Source: Gammaproteobacteria bacterium (GTDB lineage: Bacteria > Pseudomonadota > Gammaproteobacteria > Ga0077536). Taken from it: 54,395 nt of DNA. Below the pieces are notes generated by a model. It was given only the letters and a program-made list of their open reading frames with translations. It was not told where the DNA came from and did not search any database. The stretch lies in contig JBLFWZ010000004.1 in the NCBI GenBank assembly GCA_047611905.1, positions 1-54,395 on the forward strand. Direction: 5' to 3'. Of this stretch, positions 20,577-30,205 are shown in pieces. Each line of letters starts with the position of its first letter. The first letter of the stretch is position 1. The translations under genes and the position numbers were made by a program.

Positions 20577-20590
20577 AACAATACTCAGTA

Positions 20591-21649
20591 TTAGTCCTCG
20601 CGCAAGGTCGTTAACATCTCGCGCAGTTTCTCTTCATCGCCTGGGTCGTGAAGCGGAATACTAAATTCCGCATGGCTTACAAGCTTACCGTAGCGAGATT
20701 TTAATTTTCCTGCGATTTCATCGTATAAGCCGACAACGGCATAGCGTTCGAGAATATCGTCCGTGATGAATTTCGGCATTTCTTCCCAGCGCTGCGCTTT
20801 CGAAAGTAATTTTAATTCATCTGCTAAGTCACCTAAGCCGTGATGCGCGAACGCCGCGCGATAGGCGGGCGTAGAGGCATAAAATGAAATGCGTGCGCGC
20901 ACGTCGCGGATCTTCTCAGCTAAGGTCTGTTCATCCGGCGCGGTCGCGATCAGCGGTTTGATAGACACCGCGTACGCACCCGGGTCGCGCTTTGCAATCG
21001 CCGCGCCGCGCGCCAACGCGGGCAACATAACCGCCCGAATGTAATCTGCAGAACAGACCGGATGCGGTCGCACGCCGTCGGCGACTTCACCAGCGACTTG
21101 GCACATATATTCGTTCACCGCGGCAACATGTATCGGAATGTTGGGATGTTCAATCGGACCCGGATCGAACAACGGTACGATGAGATTCAAACGATAGTGC
21201 GGCCCATTGAAATCCAAAGGGTCGCTCGTTTGCCAGCTATTCCATACGGCGCGCACCGCTTGAATGTACTCACGCATCCAGGGTCCCGGTGGCGACCATT
21301 CGAAACCAAAGCGTCGTTCGATATGACCTTTTACTTGCGTGCCCAAACCGAGTGTGAAACGCCCTTTTGATAGCCGCTGCAAATTCCAGGCAGCCATTGC
21401 GGTAACGGTTGGGCTACGCGCGAAAGCTATGGCCACCGCTGTACCCACTTGCAGTCGATTTGTTGCTTGGGCAGCCAAAGCCATCACGACATACGGATCG
21501 ACTTTGGTTTCTTCGACCATCAAAGAATCGTAACCCAGTCTTTCGACAATTTTCGCGTCGTCGTAGACGCTCGCAATATCGATGGACGCTGTCGGCTGGC
21601 GCAGACCCGGATCGACTTTGCCCAGTGGTAATAATGTTTCGACTTTCAT
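20591..21649 (-). CDS. LLM-class oxidoreductase, putative F420-dependent (MSMEG_2256-like)
   Basis: AIAFARSP, LGLGTQVKGHIERRF, VAGEVADG..PHP, FYASTPAYR. Confidence 0.87.
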   Translation of the reverse strand: MKVETLLPLGKVDPGLRQPTASIDIASVYDDAKIVERLGYDSLMVEETKVDPYVVMALAAQATNRLQVGTAVAIAFARSPTVTAMAAWNLQRLSKGRFTLGLGTQVKGHIERRFGFEWSPPGPWMREYIQAVRAVWNSWQTSDPLDFNGPHYRLNLIVPLFDPGPIEHPNIPIHVAAVNEYMCQVAGEVADGVRPHPVCSADYIRAVMLPALARGAAIAKRDPGAYAVSIKPLIATAPDEQTLAEKIRDVRARISFYASTPAYRAAFAHHGLGDLADELKLLSKAQRWEEMPKFITDDILERYAVVGLYDEIAGKLKSRYGKLVSHAEFSIPLHDPGDEEKLREMLTTLRED

Positions 21650-21919
21650 TGCTTACTTACACCTGTTTTAACCAACCCGCCGGCGGATTAGAGTACCAGG
21701 GTGAACTTAGCTCGGACAGTAGGTCACGGCGCGTTCGCGCTAGACTCACGATTTGTTGAACACTATTATCGACTCCGAAGATGCATGAGCGGATGAGCAG
21801 ACACCTTGTTGGTTCGAGGAATCGAACGAAATGGCCGGGCCGGTGTCTGCAGTAATCTTCACATAAATCACCACGGCTGATGCGTTTTGCTCGCGCCTTT
21901 CAAACTATAGGAAGAAATA

Positions 21920-22345
21920 ATGAGATTTGGAAATTTAGCGATAGCAGCATGCGCGACTTGCTTGCTAGTCGGGCCGACAGGCGCCTTAGCAATGAAAATA
22001 AAACCCGGCAAATGGGAGTTCCGTTCGACGAATTCTATGCACGGTGCGGGGGCGGCACAGGAGCAAGTCGATCAGCAATGCATAAGCGATCCGGTAATGA
22101 GACCCGACACCTTGATGAAAGATATGAACAATGGCTGCCAATTGTTAGATACTGAAGATGCAACAGACTCGATGTCCTGGAAAGTGACTTGTTCTAATGC
22201 CGGAGGGGAAATGTCTGGCAGTGGTAACGTCCGTCGCGAAGGCGACGGTCTGGTCGGCGGCATGCAGATGACGATGTCGTTTAATGGTCAGAAAATGGAT
22301 ATGCGAGTCGGGTGGACGGGAAAATATCTCGGCCCGTGTCACTAG
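21920..22345 (+). CDS. DUF3617-like exported protein
   Basis: Signal peptide, KPGKWEF, QQCI, Cys pair, C-terminal GKYLGPC. Confidence 0.8.
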   Translation: MRFGNLAIAACATCLLVGPTGALAMKIKPGKWEFRSTNSMHGAGAAQEQVDQQCISDPVMRPDTLMKDMNNGCQLLDTEDATDSMSWKVTCSNAGGEMSGSGNVRREGDGLVGGMQMTMSFNGQKMDMRVGWTGKYLGPCH

Positions 22346-22358
22346 CGCAGGTTTGACA

Positions 22359-24707
22359 ATGACAAATTCCAAGCAAGAGCATGTTAGCGAAAACTCATCT
22401 GAGGAGAATAATTTGTTGCGCGATAGTGCGGTCGCGTTTTGTACTCGCGATGCGGGCATTACGCGGCTGCGCACGCTCAAACGGTCTGAAAGTGATTTTG
22501 ATCCGAGCGTGTGGCACAAGATGGTTGAGCTTGGATGGTCTGCGATTTTGGTCGAAGACGCGAGTGACGGTTTGGGACTGGGGTTGGATGCAGCAGCGAT
22601 TATTGCTGAAGAGCTAGGCCGAGTCGTTGCGCCAGAGCCGTTTATTGAAGTGGCGGGGCTCGCCGTCATGCTACTCAATAAATTACCGCCAGGCGCGCAA
22701 CGGCAAATGTTATTGCGTTCGATAGCGAGCGGTGACCTCATGCCGATTGTTTGTGCGTCAGAAGTTCAAGCCAACGCACTCGAGGACCTTCCGCGCGCGA
22801 CCGCGAACAGCGATGGTTTTTCGCTAACTGGCCATGTCGATCACGTTGTGCATGCATCCGATGCCGACGGCTTCTTGGTCCCGGCATCACTTGATGGTGG
22901 ATTGGCGCTATTCTGGGCGTTGAGATCAACACCGGCGATTACCGTTGAATCACGAAAGCTTGCCGACAACACAAGCCACGCGCGGGTGTCGTTTGCGAAC
23001 ACCGCGCTCGACAAGTCTTGCTTGCTTGGCGGTGGAGCGACAGTGAGTGCGGCATTCAACTCGGCACTGAGCGACGCGCAGGTGCTTACGTCGGCCTATT
23101 TGTGCGGTTTGATGACGCAAACACTCGAAACGACTCTGGATTATCTGCGCATGCGCAAACAATTTGGTCGCGCTATTGGGAGTTTTCAAGTGCTACAACA
23201 CCGCGCCGTCGATCTATATATCGCGCGCGAACTGGCGTCCTCGGTGGTCACCGACGTGGTCGGATCAATGATGCGCGAAACGGATGAAGCGGCGCGGGCG
23301 ATCTTAGCGAGTCGCGCACGGTATCGAACAACGGAAGCTGCTCTGGCCGTGACCCGGGCGGCTATACAAATGCATGGCGCAATTGGTTTTACGGATGAAT
23401 GCGACATAGGCCATTATTTGAACCGCGCGATGGTATTGGGTTCACGGCGCGGCAACGCGAGCTGGCATTTGCGTCAATTGGCGGTGCTAGCTTTGGACGA
23501 CGAACGGAGTCCCGTACAAGACACGAGTGCGCTTGCTAGTACCGACGGATCCGGCAGCACCCGCTATAACGATCTCAGTGATGAAGAATTTCGCTACCTG
23601 GTTCGGACTTGGTTCGAGAAAGAATATCCCGAGGAGCTGCGCTATCCGCCGCGACGATTGCATTTCGAGGAGATCAAGGACTGGTACCTCAAGCTTTCAG
23701 AGAAATCTTGGTTAGCACCGAGCTGGCCGGTGGAATTCGGCGGCATGGGCCTGTCGCCAGCAAAGATGCTGATATTTATTGAAGAACAAGAACGTTGGGG
23801 GGTGGCGCGGGCGCCTGACATGGGGATCACAATGATCGGGCCATTGTTGATCCAGCACGGCAACGCGCAACAGCGTGAACAATACTTGCCAAAGATTCTC
23901 GCCGGCGAGAACATCTGGTGTCAGGGGTACTCGGAACCCAACGCGGGATCAGACTTAGCTAGCTTGCAATGCGATGCGGTCCTCGATGGAGACGAGTTTG
24001 TTGTCAACGGACAAAAGACCTGGACAACCTTAGCGCAAGACGCGACCCACATCTTCTTATTAGTCCGCACCGATAAACACGCGAAGAAACAGGCAGGGAT
24101 TAGCTTCTTACTGGTCGATATAAGTTCGCCAGGGATCACGATTCGTCCGATACGAAACATTGCCGGGGACGAAGAATTCTGCGAAGTGTTTTTCGATGAT
24201 GTAAGCGTCCCAACCGAAAACCTGGTCGGCGAAATGAATACAGGTTGGGCAATAGCAAAAGCCTTACTGGGATTCGAGCGGATCTTCCTTGGCTCGCCGA
24301 AGCAATCGCAATATGCGCTACAACGTCTCGAAAGCATCATAGCTGGGCAAGATTTAATGAACGATCGTGGATTCATGGACCGTTTTGCACGGCTTAAAGT
24401 CGACACCTTGGACCTTGAAGTTATTTACACACGCTTCGCCCAGATCGTTCGCGATGGCGGCACTTTGGGTCCGGAAGTTTCGATTCTAAAAATTTGGGCA
24501 ACAGAAACGTTTGCGCGCTTAAGCGAACTCATGCTCGAAGCTGCGGGAGAGCTTGGCGCTGAACGTGGTGAGTTGAAGTTTGGTAACGGCAAAGCCAACA
24601 TCCTGAGCCAATTCTACAACGCGAGACCGGCGACGATTTACGGTGGTAGTAACGAGATTCAGCGCAACATCGTCGCGAAAAACGTCTTGGAATTACCGGA
24701 CTCTTAA
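22359..24707 (+). CDS. Fused two-domain acyl-CoA dehydrogenase (PimD-PimC / FadE34-like architecture)
   Basis: First domain RKQFGRAIGSFQVLQHR, IQMHGAIGFT; second domain WCQGYSEPNAGSDLASL, NGQKTWT, FCEVFFD, TIYGGSNEIQRNI; ATG 22359 avoids overlap with the upstream gene. Confidence 0.92.
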   Translation: MTNSKQEHVSENSSEENNLLRDSAVAFCTRDAGITRLRTLKRSESDFDPSVWHKMVELGWSAILVEDASDGLGLGLDAAAIIAEELGRVVAPEPFIEVAGLAVMLLNKLPPGAQRQMLLRSIASGDLMPIVCASEVQANALEDLPRATANSDGFSLTGHVDHVVHASDADGFLVPASLDGGLALFWALRSTPAITVESRKLADNTSHARVSFANTALDKSCLLGGGATVSAAFNSALSDAQVLTSAYLCGLMTQTLETTLDYLRMRKQFGRAIGSFQVLQHRAVDLYIARELASSVVTDVVGSMMRETDEAARAILASRARYRTTEAALAVTRAAIQMHGAIGFTDECDIGHYLNRAMVLGSRRGNASWHLRQLAVLALDDERSPVQDTSALASTDGSGSTRYNDLSDEEFRYLVRTWFEKEYPEELRYPPRRLHFEEIKDWYLKLSEKSWLAPSWPVEFGGMGLSPAKMLIFIEEQERWGVARAPDMGITMIGPLLIQHGNAQQREQYLPKILAGENIWCQGYSEPNAGSDLASLQCDAVLDGDEFVVNGQKTWTTLAQDATHIFLLVRTDKHAKKQAGISFLLVDISSPGITIRPIRNIAGDEEFCEVFFDDVSVPTENLVGEMNTGWAIAKALLGFERIFLGSPKQSQYALQRLESIIAGQDLMNDRGFMDRFARLKVDTLDLEVIYTRFAQIVRDGGTLGPEVSILKIWATETFARLSELMLEAAGELGAERGELKFGNGKANILSQFYNARPATIYGGSNEIQRNIVAKNVLELPDS

Positions 24708-24797
24708 TCCGACTGAGAGACGTCTACGAGGTGCCTATTGCTGCTCGGACAGTTGCCATCGACGAGCCCTCTGAAAAATCGAATGCGACTTAATAGG

Positions 24798-26600
24798 TTA
24801 GGCTTTGCAGTACTTCTTAAACTTGGCCGCGGGCATCGGATGCCCGTATTTGTAGCCCTGCATATAATCAACCGAGAGTCGACGAACGAAGTCTTCCTGC
24901 CCGGCATTTTCTACACCTTCCGCGACGATCTTCAGATTGAGCTCTTTCGCAATCGCGAGAGTCGCACGGAATATCGCGCAATCTTGCGGCGAATTAGGCA
25001 GATCACGGATAAATTCCTGATCAATTTTAAGTGCTGCGAAGGGCAATTCTTTCAAGCGTGAGAGATTCGAAAACCCAGTACCAAAATCATCGATCACCAG
25101 TCGCACTCCAATGCTTGTGAGCTCGTCGAACACTCGCCAGACGGCTGCGTCGGCATCCATTGCAACGGATTCGGTGATTTCAAGAAGCAGGCGTTCGCCA
25201 CTGATGTTATATTTTTGCAATGTTTCTGCGACGAATATCGGAAATGTTTCGTCCGTCAACTGAAGCCCAGAGACGTTAACCCATACTGAAATTTTCGGAT
25301 CCGTGACGGTCGCGATATACGCACAAGCCTGATCAAGTACGGATTGCCCAAGCTGGTAAATAAGCCCCATATGTTCTGCCAATGGAATGAATTCCGACGG
25401 CATCAGGTCGCCAAGCTCCTGGTCCTGCCAGCGCACTAGTGCTTCGAAGCCTTCAACACTTCGGTCGTCACAACTGACTATCGGTTGATAATGTAACGAC
25501 AACATCGACTGATCTAGCGCCAGCGGTAATTTCATTTCTATGGTGGAAATCCGTTCGGCGGCTACGCTCGCGCCGTCGGAATAAAACTCGGAACCGCCAC
25601 GCCGTCTACGCTTACACCAACCCAACGCCATACCGGCGTTGCGCACGAGATCTTGTGCGTCATTTCCGTGGCTCGGATACATCGCCACGCCGATACTCAC
25701 GGAGACTCTATAATCCTGCTGGTTCAATTTCATTGGCCGAGCAATCTCGGCGAGAATCGTTTCCGCAATTAGCTCGGCCTGCATTGAATCGATGTCCTCG
25801 GCGAGAACGATGAATTCGTCACCATCGAGTCGACCGAGAATGTCTATGTTTCTCATTGATGCGCGCAGGCGATCAGCGACTTCAATAATGACACCATCGC
25901 CTGCACAATGGCCGAAACGGTCATTGACGAGCTTGATGTGGTCGATTCCAATAACGAAGACTGCTGCATTATCGCAACGACTTGCCTTGGTCGTGTCAAA
26001 CAGGTTCATGAATGAACGACGATTTGGCAGCTGGGTTAGGGGATCGGAAAACGCGTATCGGACTTGTTGACTCGTGAGTCGGTCGAGTTTCCGTCGCTCG
26101 TTGGGAGCGCGTCGAGAATTGGCATTCGCGTCTCGGCCGCCATAGGTTCCGAGCGCTTCGGGAGAGTCTGCTTCTCGAATTACACCGAATAGAAGATCAT
26201 TGTCGGCTGCGTCGCGCAATAACGATAGATGGCTCTGCAGTACTCGTGGGTGCTCGCCGTGGATTATCGAAACGACTTCGTCGACCCGCGCCTGACCCGT
26301 GGAAAACACCGCCTCGTCGTTTTCCCAGATGATGCCGGCTTCGCGGTCTGGCAAAAAATCGCGTTCCGTTTTACCCAGTAATTCGACTCGAGTGCGGCCC
26401 ATGTAATCGCAAAAAGCCGCGTTGACCATCACCCAACGGTGGCTGCGATCCTTGGTCCACATCGGTTCGGGTAAAGCGTCAATTACCGCATTCAAGCCAC
26501 GTACTGACAGTCCGCGCGTGACTCGCCCATTTTTTTCGATAGCGCCTTTTGGAGCACTATCGAGTCGATCAATGGCTAGTTTTGGCATCGTATCGAGCAC
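24798..26600 (-). CDS. PAS-GGDEF(degenerate)-EAL protein, probable c-di-GMP phosphodiesterase
   Basis: PAS (WTKD..HRW..VNAAFC), DPLTQLPNRR, DGDEF, FEALVRW, DDFGTGFS, LKID, AEGVE, QGY. Confidence 0.93.
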   Translation of the reverse strand: MLDTMPKLAIDRLDSAPKGAIEKNGRVTRGLSVRGLNAVIDALPEPMWTKDRSHRWVMVNAAFCDYMGRTRVELLGKTERDFLPDREAGIIWENDEAVFSTGQARVDEVVSIIHGEHPRVLQSHLSLLRDAADNDLLFGVIREADSPEALGTYGGRDANANSRRAPNERRKLDRLTSQQVRYAFSDPLTQLPNRRSFMNLFDTTKASRCDNAAVFVIGIDHIKLVNDRFGHCAGDGVIIEVADRLRASMRNIDILGRLDGDEFIVLAEDIDSMQAELIAETILAEIARPMKLNQQDYRVSVSIGVAMYPSHGNDAQDLVRNAGMALGWCKRRRRGGSEFYSDGASVAAERISTIEMKLPLALDQSMLSLHYQPIVSCDDRSVEGFEALVRWQDQELGDLMPSEFIPLAEHMGLIYQLGQSVLDQACAYIATVTDPKISVWVNVSGLQLTDETFPIFVAETLQKYNISGERLLLEITESVAMDADAAVWRVFDELTSIGVRLVIDDFGTGFSNLSRLKELPFAALKIDQEFIRDLPNSPQDCAIFRATLAIAKELNLKIVAEGVENAGQEDFVRRLSVDYMQGYKYGHPMPAAKFKKYCKA

Positions 26601-26817
26601 CCAATGTAATAGTAATTAATCTTATAATTCAATAGGTTTTGATGTATACCTTCCACTCTACACTAAGTATGTATTAGATCAAACCTTGCAACTCAGCACG
26701 GTCTCGGTTGGTGACCTATCGATATCGCCCCCCAAATTAACACCTGTGACTTTCGCAATAGATATAATGGCTCTTTGTGAACTGCGGCCTTAGAGGCACT
26801 AGCTGGAGCAATAGCGC

Positions 26818-27648
26818 ATGAAAATCCACACAATTGAAGGTGGTGACGGACTCAAACTACATGTTCGCCGATGGGGTGACCCCGCAAGCCCGGCAATCTT
26901 GTTGATCCATGGTTGGTCACAATCCCATATGTGTTGGGAGCAACAGTACGAACATGAATCACTCCAAGACTTTAATTTGGTAGCGCTGGATCTGCGCGGC
27001 CACGGAATGTCTGAAGCACCGTTAGATCCCGCATGCTACGCCGACTCTAAGTTGTGGGCTGATGACATTGCCTCAATTATTGACCAGCTAAATCTGGATC
27101 GCCCAGTCCTTGTAGGATGGTCCTACGGCGGCCTCGTCATTGGTGACTACGTGCGCACTCATGGACAGAATTCGATCGGTGGAATCAACTACGTTGGCGC
27201 AGCGAGCGTGCTCAATGAAAGCGCATTCGGTAGCCTAATCGGTCCTGGTTTCTTAGATAATTTTGCTGAGGCAACCTCGCCCGATCTGCCGACGAATATC
27301 GCCGCGATGAATCGTTTTCTTCATGCGTGCTTCGAGATTCCATTGGCGCGGCCGGATTTTGAGAAGGCACTCGCCTACAACATGATGGTACCGCCGGCGG
27401 TTCGCTTGAATCTAGGTTCGCGCGATGTAGACAACACAGATGTGCTCGAAAAGCTCAGCATCCCCGTGCTTGTTAGCCAGGGAAGAAAAGACATAGTCGT
27501 ATTACCAAGTTCAGCCGAAAAGATACTCAAGCATTGCACGACTGCGCTAGCATCATGGTACGAGGGAGTCGGCCATGCACCTTTCCTCGAAGACGCGGCG
27601 CGATTCAATCGAGAGCTTGCCGAGTTTACACTCGGGGTTCGCGAGTAA
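26818..27648 (+). CDS. Alpha/beta hydrolase (esterase / non-heme haloperoxidase-like)
   Basis: IHGW, DLRGHG, GWSYG nucleophile elbow, GHAP. Confidence 0.92.
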   Translation: MKIHTIEGGDGLKLHVRRWGDPASPAILLIHGWSQSHMCWEQQYEHESLQDFNLVALDLRGHGMSEAPLDPACYADSKLWADDIASIIDQLNLDRPVLVGWSYGGLVIGDYVRTHGQNSIGGINYVGAASVLNESAFGSLIGPGFLDNFAEATSPDLPTNIAAMNRFLHACFEIPLARPDFEKALAYNMMVPPAVRLNLGSRDVDNTDVLEKLSIPVLVSQGRKDIVVLPSSAEKILKHCTTALASWYEGVGHAPFLEDAARFNRELAEFTLGVRE

Positions 27649-27685
27649 TAATGAATACACAAACTAATCGACGGAGTTCGTCAAT

Positions 27686-28165
27686 ATGAGCGCATTACTA
27701 GCCCCTATCCCAGGTATCCCAACAGCCGACCATCGCAGCGAAGAGGATTTGCCGTTCGTCAAACTTGCGGACGGTGTTGAGTTTCAGCTTCTCCAAGCGG
27801 ACGTCGATCTCGGACTATGGATTGTCCGCACGAAATTTGACCCGGGTACCACCATACAACGCCATCGCCATACGGGGGTCGTATTTGCGTACACAACTAG
27901 CGGCGCATGGCGGTATCTCGAATATCCGGAGATTAATCGACCGGGTTCCTATTTGTACGAACCTGCAGGTTCGATACATACACTACATGCCTTGGCGGAT
28001 ACTGATGGTCAAACTGATGTATTTTTCGCGATCTACGGCGCCAATCTCAATCTCGACGACGACGGAAACGTGGAATCGGTTGTCGATGCGGGTTCGATCC
28101 GCGATTCCTATTTCGAGGAATGCGAAAAAGCAGGTCTAGCACGGCCTAGCATAATCGGCTGTTGA
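27686..28165 (+). CDS. Cupin dioxygenase, 2,4'-dihydroxyacetophenone dioxygenase (DAD) family
   Basis: HRHTG.VFAYT.SG.W.YLEY, GSYLYEPAGSIHTL; GGAG RBS. Confidence 0.85.
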   Translation: MSALLAPIPGIPTADHRSEEDLPFVKLADGVEFQLLQADVDLGLWIVRTKFDPGTTIQRHRHTGVVFAYTTSGAWRYLEYPEINRPGSYLYEPAGSIHTLHALADTDGQTDVFFAIYGANLNLDDDGNVESVVDAGSIRDSYFEECEKAGLARPSIIGC

Positions 28166-28396
28166 CCAGCACCATCTAACCGCAGCATGCGTGCATTGGG
28201 CTTCCCGCACCAACAATCTGAATTGGGCGGGACGACTTTCGGTGCCGACAATCACACCGTTCGCCGGCCCCGATGCCGGGGGTCGGATCGGTCCCCGAGC
28301 GGGACACAACAGAATATCGCAGGTGAACGCTAACAGCGCTCACGCCCTGATTGCCGTAGAATAATCCGTCAACTAGATCGAGCGAGGCAAGAAAAA

Positions 28397-29242
28397 ATGG
28401 TCCGATGTGGCATTATCATTTTTCCAACTGACGAGACCATCCAACCGATAGAGCTTGCTCAAGCTGTCGAACAACGCGGACTCGATTCGTTATTTCTGCC
28501 CGAACACACTCATATGCCGGTCGGTTCGACTTCGCCCTTTATGCCGGACGGCGTCGTGCCGGAATTCTACAAACGCACGCACGACCCTTTCGTCGCATTG
28601 GCGGCTTGCGCTGCGGTCACTGAACGGATCACGTTGGCAACAGGCATTTGCCTCGTGACCCAACGGGATCCCATCACATTGGCGAAAGAAGTGGCATCAC
28701 TCGACAAGATTTCCAACGGGCGGGTCGTGCTCGGAATTGGCGCTGGGTGGAATGCAGCTGAAATGGCCAACCATGGCACGCAATTCGAGAATCGATGGAA
28801 GATTTTGCGCGAACGCATCATGGCCATGAAAACGATATGGCGCGAGGACGAAGCGGAATTTCACGGTGAGACCGTAAACTTTGATCCCATGTGGTCCTAC
28901 CCGAAACCCGTCCAAGCCGGCGGCCCGCCGATTTGGATTGGAGCGAACTCTAAATGGGTTCCGGATCGTGTGGCGGATTACGCGGACGGCTGGATGCCAA
29001 TTGCAGGGCGTGCCGGGGGCGGCGACATCGCGAAACTTAAGGAGGCGTGCGAAAAACGCGGTCGCAATTTTTCAGAAATAACCCTGGGTCTGTTTATGGC
29101 ACCGCAGGATGAGGCGAAGGCAAACGGATGGATTGCCGAAGGGTATTCGGAAATGATTTTCGGTGTTGCGGCTACTGAACGCGACGCAGTCCTTAGTCAG
29201 TTAGATGCAATAGCCGAGTTCGCGAACGTCATTCGAGGTTAA
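28397..29242 (+). CDS. LLM-class oxidoreductase, putative F420-dependent (Rv2161c-like)
   Basis: PEHTH.P, DPFVAL, RDPITLAKEVASLD, GAGWN..EM, PKPVQ. Confidence 0.88.
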   Translation: MVRCGIIIFPTDETIQPIELAQAVEQRGLDSLFLPEHTHMPVGSTSPFMPDGVVPEFYKRTHDPFVALAACAAVTERITLATGICLVTQRDPITLAKEVASLDKISNGRVVLGIGAGWNAAEMANHGTQFENRWKILRERIMAMKTIWREDEAEFHGETVNFDPMWSYPKPVQAGGPPIWIGANSKWVPDRVADYADGWMPIAGRAGGGDIAKLKEACEKRGRNFSEITLGLFMAPQDEAKANGWIAEGYSEMIFGVAATERDAVLSQLDAIAEFANVIRG

Positions 29243-29304
29243 AAACGGCGGCAGCCGATCGGTCGCCGCGCTAAGCCACTACGGTAATTGCACCAAAAGA
29301 TTGG

Positions 29305-30054
29305 TTAAGCCGTCTCTTGCAATCCAGAGTCGAGTCGATCGAGCGTGTACTCAGTTAGCTCTTCGAGAATCGATTCGGCATTGACTGTCGCCGACCAATC
29401 AAACTTGCACCCGTAAAATACTTCCGTGTCGTTCGAAGTTCGATAACACACTTTGGTTACGATATTGGTCGCCTCGATTTGTCCCGGCAAGCGCAAGGCT
29501 AAAAGAATCTCTTGCTGCTTGCGCAGGAAATCGTCTGGATCGTGCCCTACGTTCAGGCAAATCCCGGTAGCAGAAAGGTTTCGTACGTTTACCGGATAAA
29601 GCAATTGATTGTTTGGGATTGAAAGTAACGGCATGACTGCGGCGGCTAAGCTTGTTCCGGCGGTAGGTTCACCGTCACGATAAGCCGCACGACGATTGAA
29701 TAGTTGAAAAAAGTTTTCTCCGCCATGATTCGCCAGCTCGTCAGGCGAATCGAACGCCAAACCAATTAAGCTATCTGTCGCCGTATCGCCACTAAAAACA
29801 ATTTGTGCCGATATCGTGGCTTTGCGCGTGAAGCTCGGGGAATCGATTAATACGAAAATCCGCTCGCCTTTGTTAACGGCGGGCCCGGTGCCTTTCACAA
29901 AGCGCACGCTTGTCCCATTACACGTTACATCTGCAACTTCAGCCGGTACGTGACGCTCTTCATTGCGCATTAGCGCGAAAGCGAGATCATCCGTCGAAAT
30001 CGGTCGTACCCGATAAGCACACCGACGATTGTCGGCAAGCGCGGTCGCCAGCAT
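29305..30054 (-). CDS. Tandem PilZ-domain protein (putative c-di-GMP effector)
   Basis: ATG at 30054; NRRCAYR...DVTCNG and NRRAAYR...NLSATG match RxxxR and (D/N)xSxxG motifs. Confidence 0.72.
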   Translation of the reverse strand: MLATALADNRRCAYRVRPISTDDLAFALMRNEERHVPAEVADVTCNGTSVRFVKGTGPAVNKGERIFVLIDSPSFTRKATISAQIVFSGDTATDSLIGLAFDSPDELANHGGENFFQLFNRRAAYRDGEPTAGTSLAAAVMPLLSIPNNQLLYPVNVRNLSATGICLNVGHDPDDFLRKQQEILLALRLPGQIEATNIVTKVCYRTSNDTEVFYGCKFDWSATVNAESILEELTEYTLDRLDSGLQETA

Positions 30055-30205
30055 ACGCGTTCCCCATGGCGTGTATTGACAGCCGCTCACTATAACGAAG
30101 TTCACAATAAATAACAGTTGTTCGCGGTCCTCGGCTTTAGCGCTTTACATAAACAATTTCTCCGCCTAGCTTTGTTGATTCATCAACTCATGGAAGTTTT
30201 TTCGA

